Assembly: GCA_951406725.2 (NCBI GenBank)
Contig: OX597816.1
Location: 148,304,001 to 148,368,000, forward strand
Origin: Octopus vulgaris
Lineage: Eukaryota
Reading direction: 5' to 3'
DNA: 64,000 bases
The notes under the pieces were generated by a model that was not told the origin of the DNA, did no database searches, and worked only from the letters and a program-made list of their open reading frames with translations. The stretch's first letter is position 1. Every line of letters begins with the position of its first letter. Position numbers and translations under genes: made by a program. Below are positions 54,690 to 64,000 of the stretch, piece after piece.

Positions 54690-56170
54690 CACACATTCTC
54701 GGCAAAATATTGCTATCTCCGGAATATAATTCTACGCCAAGCAATTTATAGAGAAAACCTAGAGCATACTAGCAGTAATGGAGCGAAAGGCGATCTTTTT
54801 TTTCTTTCCTGTTTTTATTGTTTTTTTTTCTGTAACGTTAGATCCAGCAGGCTCACAGATAAGAAATTTGTTTTAAAGCTAAACAGAAATCTCTTTTACG
54901 TTAAAGACATGGAAAGATTTAGATTATAAGATGTGATTAGTCTGATAATAATGCCACGTTTAACAACGAAGCTTATAGATTTCATATTACATTAAAACAA
55001 TATCTACAACCGCATCAAAGTTTCAGCACCGTATTTGTGAGAGCTGATAAAATCAAATATTGTATACGAGACTGACAAAAACACATACGATAGATTATTA
55101 GAAAATATAGGTAAGACATACAAAGTAAGTATTCCTAGAATAAATAATGTAGTTAACGATGGAGCAAAGTACCTAAATGTGCAGTGTTGCATTCAAAGAT
55201 AACCTGCATCTTACATATAAGGATCATAAAGAAAATTTCACTAACAACTTTATATGTAGACATAAATCTCATACCAACTGTATTAGGTATAGCCATGAAA
55301 CACATGTATCATAGTATCAAATTAAGAATAAGATGAGTTATAAAATTAATGCAATGGAAGGGTGGCAGTGCTTCTGTAAAAAGGTGTAAATATATCGATG
55401 GTTAAACCAACTGATTAAACTTTATCGAGTTCGATAAAGTGGAATTTTTATCCATCGATCTCTAGAAATCTACTAAATTCAACAAAATATTTACCTCTAT
55501 AGCATAAGCTGAAATTAGTATAGTTATGAACAACGCAAATTCCTTGTATTTTACAATCCCTACAGAGTCGGGGAGCAAATCAGTGGGGTTTTTGATATAT
55601 TTAGCTTCAAAGAGTCGGGGGTGACCTTCATATCTTACATGTACCTAGAAATGAAGCAAAAGTATCGGATTATATAGAGAAGATAGACTATTTGTAGTAT
55701 ATAAAAGGAATGGATACGAGATGGATATTCTTATAAAAAATAATTGAATCTTAAAATAAATGTTAACGCAAATTAAAAGTAGTGAAATAACCCGATATTC
55801 CATAAACCGAAAGAGAATACATGTATAAATACCCCAGTAACGAACTCACGATCATTAAGTATAACGTAGCTGACACATCCCAATAAATTTCAGATAAATA
55901 TATATTCCATAAGGCAACCCTATACTACAACGACGTTTTCAAACAAAAATTAAAGTTATTGAAAGGGACTCCACTGGACTTCGTAATCACCTAAGAAAGA
56001 ATATCATAGGGTGCGATCTGATATATTGTACCAAGAACATAATATAGACATATGATATTTAATCCTACTAAACATTCACTTTACTGCGAAAGAGAAATAT
56101 TATTATTCTCTAAATAAAAGTCTGCATATCATATAGAACTCAATACAAACAGCAAAGTTTATACATGTAG
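54690..56170 (+). mobile_element. Old degenerate Naiad-type Penelope-like element
   Basis: Remnants colinear with 5114-7873: QNIAIS, KQFIEK, VRADK, KDHKENF, LMQWK, FIEFD..EF/YPSIS, IGLYREDRLFVV, RKNII. Confidence 0.8.
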
Positions 56171-56374
56171 TAGATTGCTCAATAGCGGAACCGTGAGTCT
56201 TCAATTACACTTTCACTCACTTTCTCATTCTCTGCTCGTCTATTTCACATCCCCTTCTCTCACTCCCTCCTTTTTATCCCTACTACTTTCTCTCCCTCTC
56301 TTTCAATATATATATGTATATATATATATATATATATACATATATATACATATACATATATACATATATACATA

Positions 56375-56415
<41 letters not shown>

Positions 56416-56444
56416 ATATATATGTATATGTATGTGTATGTATA

Positions 56445-56487
<43 letters not shown>

Positions 56488-56531
56488 GATAAAACTTACT
56501 TGGAAAAGGATGCGTGGCGTTGATCAAATAA

Positions 56532-56595
<64 letters not shown>

Positions 56596-56688
56596 TATGT
56601 GTATATATGAATGTGTATATATATATATGTATGTATATATATATAGATAAAACTTACTTGGAAAAGGATGCGTGGCGTTCGATCAAAT

Positions 56689-56694
<6 letters not shown>
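56488..56694. repeat. Unique segment of about 48 bp duplicated within TA microsatellite
   Basis: GATAAAACTTACTTGGAAAAGGATGCGTGGCGTT(C)GATCAAATAATAAT at 56488 and 56646. Confidence 0.9.
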
Positions 56695-56760
<66 letters not shown>

Positions 56761-57948
56761 GTATATGTATACATACATACACACATGCAAACACACACAC
56801 ACACACGCGCGTTTATCTGTCTAGGTAATTCTCCATCTGTCTCTCCGGCTATCTATATATCTGCACAAACGTACACATGTATATTTATGTCTATAGAAAT
56901 ATATACATTCGTTATATAGATTTAAAGATAGACAAATATGTAGGAGCGTGTGTGTATTCTTTGGAATGCTTTTCCCTATTGATCGTTTTTTTTTCATTAT
57001 ATCTCTATCATTACTGTAACAAATATAATGCTAATGTAACCCAATTCTCCTTATATAGCTCAGGAGCAAATAAAATATTTGCTCCTGTACTCTTAGAATA
57101 TATGTTATGCATCTCGTATATGTATGTATGCATGCATGTATGTATATTTATATGTATATGACTGTGTGTCTGTGTTTATATGCATATATTTATCTATGTA
57201 TACATATTCTATGCCTTAGCTTTCTGCGTCTAGAGTTACGAGACTGTTCAATGATTTGCTGTGTGGAGAAAGGTTTTAGTGTTCTGAATACGTAGACAGA
57301 AGATAGGTTACATCAGATTTATAATACATTATACTCTTTGAAGACAAAAACAGGATTTGCAAGGCTTACACAGCTGTGAAGAGTGCTTAAGTATTTTATT
57401 TGTTTACTCCTCTCCAGTCTTGGAAACTTATACATGAATCAATTATCGCAATCTTCGTCGAATTGTTTCAAATGAAACATTCAGGAAATAGAGATGTTTT
57501 GGTTTGATGCTGTTCTCCATTTATACTGTTCTTTGTTTTCCGTTTCTTTTTCTTCCTTTTTCTGTTTTTCCATTTTGTTTTAAGTTCTCTTCGTGATTTT
57601 GCACATCCGTATCACGGTGATCTGATAAACAGTAATATTGTTAGTAGAATGTAGTACATTTATGTATATGATTATGTATGTATGTATGTATGTATGTATG
57701 TATGCGTATATACATACACATATACATATATATATGTAGACATATATATAATATATATATATTTTATATATATACATACATTTCTACACATATATATGTA
57801 TGTATAACTATATGTATATATATGTACATACGTTTACGTAACATATAAATATATATATATTACTTATATTTACTTATGCAAATATATGCGTATATATGTG
57901 TGTGTGTTTGTGTATGTATACACACGCAGACACACACGTGTGTGTGTT

Positions 57949-58007
<59 letters not shown>

Positions 58008-58020
58008 GTATGTATGTATG

Positions 58021-58064
<44 letters not shown>

Positions 58065-58498
58065 GCAACCACGTATTTAGGCATTACTGTTTTGTACATA
58101 AGTGTTTTGATGTGCCGTTGTAAATCTTAACGCTATAATCATATTAATAAAACATCAATAATTTACTAAACTCGTTTATCTCTGCTGAAATGTGAATAGA
58201 GAGCTTAAGATAGATTTCTGCACTCTATATAAAAGCTTCGGATGAAATACGTAAAGAGTTTTGCGTTTCTACAGAATATCAAAGAAAATGTTATGAAAGT
58301 TACATAGTAGATATTTTCAAATGACTGATTTCCCTCAGTCTAAATCCTCAGAACGATGAATGGAGATAACTTCAAACTCATAGATAAATAAATCATATCT
58401 TTCTGCTGAAATGAAATACATTCTGTGAGAGATGGGGTGCTTGGAAATATTGGAAGCGCAAAAGTAATTATTTCGACGCGTTTTATTTACATTTGATT

Positions 58499-58611
<113 letters not shown>

Positions 58612-58838
58612 GTATGTGTGTATATGTATATATGTTTATGTGTCTTATTGACTGAGAGTATATTTGTCTATTCCTAAGTGTTTGTTTTTATTAGGTTTTT
58701 CTTTTTTTTTTGTTATTTTCTTTTTGTATTATGTCTATACTAAAAGTTATGGCAAGCAATATCGGGGAAGAGATTGGTTACAATACATATATATTATATT
58801 AATTGATATGTTAACATATGTGCAAATGAACGCAAACA

Positions 58839-58881
<43 letters not shown>

Positions 58882-59299
58882 ACGAAGTATACAAATGTAT
58901 GCCTTCATATTTATAAATAAATATCCACTTATAGATGTGTATACAAATATGTAATCCATAATTATACACACACATACATACACACCCTCATATATATATA
59001 TATATAATATTAGTAGATTTGATGTATTAAACATAATTTAGACCTGTGATGTGGAGTACATAATACAGTGTGTAACAATTCAAACTCTATGTCATTCGTA
59101 CCAAATTGACATATCACATTCCATCACGTTGGAAGTAGAGTTTAGCTTGGGAGTAGCTAAATTTTTGCATGAACGACGAGCTAAATGTGTATTCTGTAAC
59201 TGTATTGCAAGATATTAGTTCAGATTATGCTTCCTGCAATACTTTTAGATAGTTTCCTCATGAGGTGAGCGATGATCAAGAGTGGATATTATTATTATT

Positions 59300-61409
<2,110 letters not shown>

Positions 61410-61425
61410 TATTATTATTATTATT

Positions 61426-63920
61426 CAGTAGTTTTATTTTTATAATGTGCTTTCACTTCATTACCGAGCGCAGCTCTGTGTGCCTTGGGTATGTGCTGTG
61501 ATTTGTTGTGATGCTCTGATGGTTATTGTATGGAAAGTGTTCTGCGTAGGATGTGTGCAGTGCCTAGTAGTGCAATTTTCTGTATGTTATATGTGTTTGT
61601 AAGTCCTGGTGTTTTTGTTATGTATTTGTCTGAATATTTTTTTATCATGCCTAATGCACCTACTATGATAGGAATTGTTTCTGTTTTCAGATTCCACATT
61701 CTAGTTACCTCTATTTCCAGGTCTTTGTATTTTGAGAGTTCCTCCATTTCTTTTAGAGACACGTTGTCATCTGCCGGTATTGATACATCAATTAGAAAGC
61801 ATTTTTTTTCTTCATGATCTCTGACAACTATATCTGGTCTGTTGACCTTAATTTCTCTATCTGTATGTATCGGCATATCCCAGAGTATGGTTGCTTTCTC
61901 GTTTTCTGTGACCTTTTCTGGTGTGTGCCTATACCATCTTTTTTCTGTTGTTATTCCATAATGTTGGCATAGCTTCCAATGTATGTAGGTTCCAAATCTG
62001 TCATGTCTGTGAATATATTCCTTCTTAGCCAGGACTGGGCAGCCAGAGATAATATGATTTATTGTTTCTTGTCCATCTCCACATATTCTGCAGTTACTTG
62101 TAATATTTCTTTTCATTACATGTTTTTGGTAATTTCTGGTGGGGAGGCTTTGGTCTTGTGCTGCAATTAAAAATCCCTCTGTTTCTGCTTTGAGTCCTGA
62201 GCTTCTCAACCATTGCTGGGATTTTTCTTTGTCTATTTCTTTTGCGTTTAGTTTAGTCCAGTATTTACCATGAAGGGGCTTTTCTTGCCATCGTTTTATC
62301 ATGGTTCGTTGCTGTTCTATTTTTAGTTTGGATTTCATTTGTTTTATAGCTTTTGTTGTTTCTTCATCATCTTCTTCTTCTTCTTCGTGTTTATTAGGTG
62401 GTATGATTTCTTGTTTGTATTTGTCAGCTTCCTTAAATACTGAGAACAGTTTTTTGTTTTGCTCGTGTTTTGCTGCTATCTGGATCAGTTTTCCTTCCTT
62501 CTGAAGTAGGTATTTTTGCAGTCCTATGGTGGTTATTTTATAGTAGTTTTCCAGCTGTATAAGGTCTCTACCACCTTCTATACGTTGTATATATAGTCTT
62601 TCTATATCAGATTTTGGGTGATGCATCCTAGATCCTGTCAGTATTTTTCTTGTTTTCCTATCTATTTTGGACAGTCCATTTCGTGTCCAGTTAAGGATAT
62701 TCTGGCTGTAACTTATCACTGGGACAGCTAAAGTGTTGATACCTATTATCTTGTTTTTAGCATTGAGCTCTGTTTTTAGTATTGATCTAACTCGTCTATA
62801 ATATTCTTTTTTTATTTTCTCTTTCATTTGTGTGTGTTGTGTCTTATCTAGTTCATGGATTCCTAAGTATTTGTAAGTTTGGCTTTGGTCTAATTCTTTT
62901 ATTTCATTGGTTTTATCTAGTGTGATGTTGTTACTCTTAACTAGTTTTCCTCTTTTCATGGTTACTTTAGCGCATTTTTCTAATCCAAATTTCATATCTA
63001 TTTCTTTGGTAAATCCATGAACTGTCTTTAATAGTGTTTCCAGCTGTTTGTCATTTGCAGCGTATAGTTTTAGGTCATCCATATATAAAAGGTGGCTGAT
63101 CGTTTTGCCGTAACATTTATATCCGCATCCAGTTCTATTTAGCATATCAGATAGAGGTGACAGTGCCAAGCAGAAAAGGAGTGGAGAGAGCGTGTCTCCC
63201 TGGAATATTCCTCTTCTAATAGGGATGTCTTTGGTTTTCATGAGTCCCTCTTTTGTTTGGAGGTGTAGGACTGTTTGCCATTTATTCATAGAGTGCTCTA
63301 TGAATTCTATGATTGTTGGTGCTACTTTGTTAGTGGCTAGTGTTTCGAGGATCCATGTGTGGGGGATGCTATCAAACGCCTTTTTGTAGTCAATCCAGGC
63401 CATACTGAGGCCTTTCTTCTTTCTGTGGCTGTCTTCAGTTACGGCTTTATTAATCATTAGTTGATCTTTACAGCCATATGAGCCTTTGCGGCATCCTTTC
63501 TGCTCTTCTGGGAACAGTTTGTTTTCGTTCAGGTGCTTGTTCAGTCTTTGCGATATCACTGAAGTAAATGCCTTGAACATAGTAGGGAGGCAGGTTATTG
63601 GTCTGTAGTTTTCTGGTTTTGCTGTTTCATTTGATTTGGGAATTAAGATGGTTTTCTCCTTCGTGAGCCATTCAGGCAATGTCTCTGGCTCTGCTAGTAT
63701 GCTGTTAAAGTTTTCAGCCAGCTTTTTGTGCATTCCTGTTAGATATTTCAACCAGAAGTTGGGATCTTGTCATGCCCAGGTGCCTTCCAGTTGCTTAGTT
63801 TTTGCAGTGCCTGGGTGACCTCTTCAGTTGTTATGGGGGTCCAAAGTTGTTCAGATGCCGAGTTTGTTATTTTGATACTCCTTTTTTTTGGCTGTTCGTT
63901 CGCCGACCATATTTCTCTCT
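61426..63920 (-). mobile_element. 5'-truncated R4/Dong-type non-LTR retrotransposon in (TAA)n
   Basis: RT-CCHC-RLE ORF, 3' UTR of about 100 bp, (TAA)n on both sides. Confidence 0.9.
61523..63751 (-). CDS. Reverse transcriptase + CCHC finger + restriction-like endonuclease (partial, N-terminus truncated)
   Basis: YRPITCL, EQKG, WIDYKKAFDS, GIFQGDTLSP, LYMDD, YLG, CRIC...H...C, RHD, RPDIV...IDVSIP. Upstream NWKAPGHDKIP lies in another frame (1-bp deletion at about 63760). Confidence 0.93.
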   Translation of the reverse strand: MKYLTGMHKKLAENFNSILAEPETLPEWLTKEKTILIPKSNETAKPENYRPITCLPTMFKAFTSVISQRLNKHLNENKLFPEEQKGCRKGSYGCKDQLMINKAVTEDSHRKKKGLSMAWIDYKKAFDSIPHTWILETLATNKVAPTIIEFIEHSMNKWQTVLHLQTKEGLMKTKDIPIRRGIFQGDTLSPLLFCLALSPLSDMLNRTGCGYKCYGKTISHLLYMDDLKLYAANDKQLETLLKTVHGFTKEIDMKFGLEKCAKVTMKRGKLVKSNNITLDKTNEIKELDQSQTYKYLGIHELDKTQHTQMKEKIKKEYYRRVRSILKTELNAKNKIIGINTLAVPVISYSQNILNWTRNGLSKIDRKTRKILTGSRMHHPKSDIERLYIQRIEGGRDLIQLENYYKITTIGLQKYLLQKEGKLIQIAAKHEQNKKLFSVFKEADKYKQEIIPPNKHEEEEEDDEETTKAIKQMKSKLKIEQQRTMIKRWQEKPLHGKYWTKLNAKEIDKEKSQQWLRSSGLKAETEGFLIAAQDQSLPTRNYQKHVMKRNITSNCRICGDGQETINHIISGCPVLAKKEYIHRHDRFGTYIHWKLCQHYGITTEKRWYRHTPEKVTENEKATILWDMPIHTDREIKVNRPDIVVRDHEEKKCFLIDVSIPADDNVSLKEMEELSKYKDLEIEVTRMWNLKTETIPIIVGALGMIKKYSDKYITKTPGLTNTYNIQKIALLGTAHILRRTLSIQ

Positions 63921-64000
63921 TATTATTATTATTATTATTACTATTATTATTGTTATTATTATTATTATGTTTTTTCCTTCTTTCTTCAAATTTTCTTCCG

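Overview
AT-rich, microsatellite-dense eukaryotic DNA. The SINE types and repeat landscape resemble an octopus (cephalopod) genome, which is an inference. No host protein-coding gene could be supported. The window is mostly transposable elements: (1) a near full-length Penelope-like retroelement of the Naiad type (3987-8153, minus) with RT + GIY-YIG ORF, two 133-bp pseudo-LTRs and a type I hammerhead ribozyme in each (core intact in the 5' copy, mutated in the 3' copy), inserted in (TA)n; (2) a 5'-truncated R4/Dong-type LINE with a 742-codon RT-CCHC-RLE ORF inserted in (TAA)n, next to a perfect 1.54-kb (ATC)n array; (3) relics of further Penelope-like elements (Naiad, Poseidon, Neptune types), a second Dong, RTE and CR1-group LINEs, five mariner relics, a non-autonomous Helitron and many SINEs. 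About a dozen hammerhead-like motifs, several with recurrent non-canonical cores, and three fold-back inverted repeats sit in short units between TA microsatellites. Most ORFs in the supplied track are microsatellite artefacts. All family assignments come from motifs read by eye, not from database searches.
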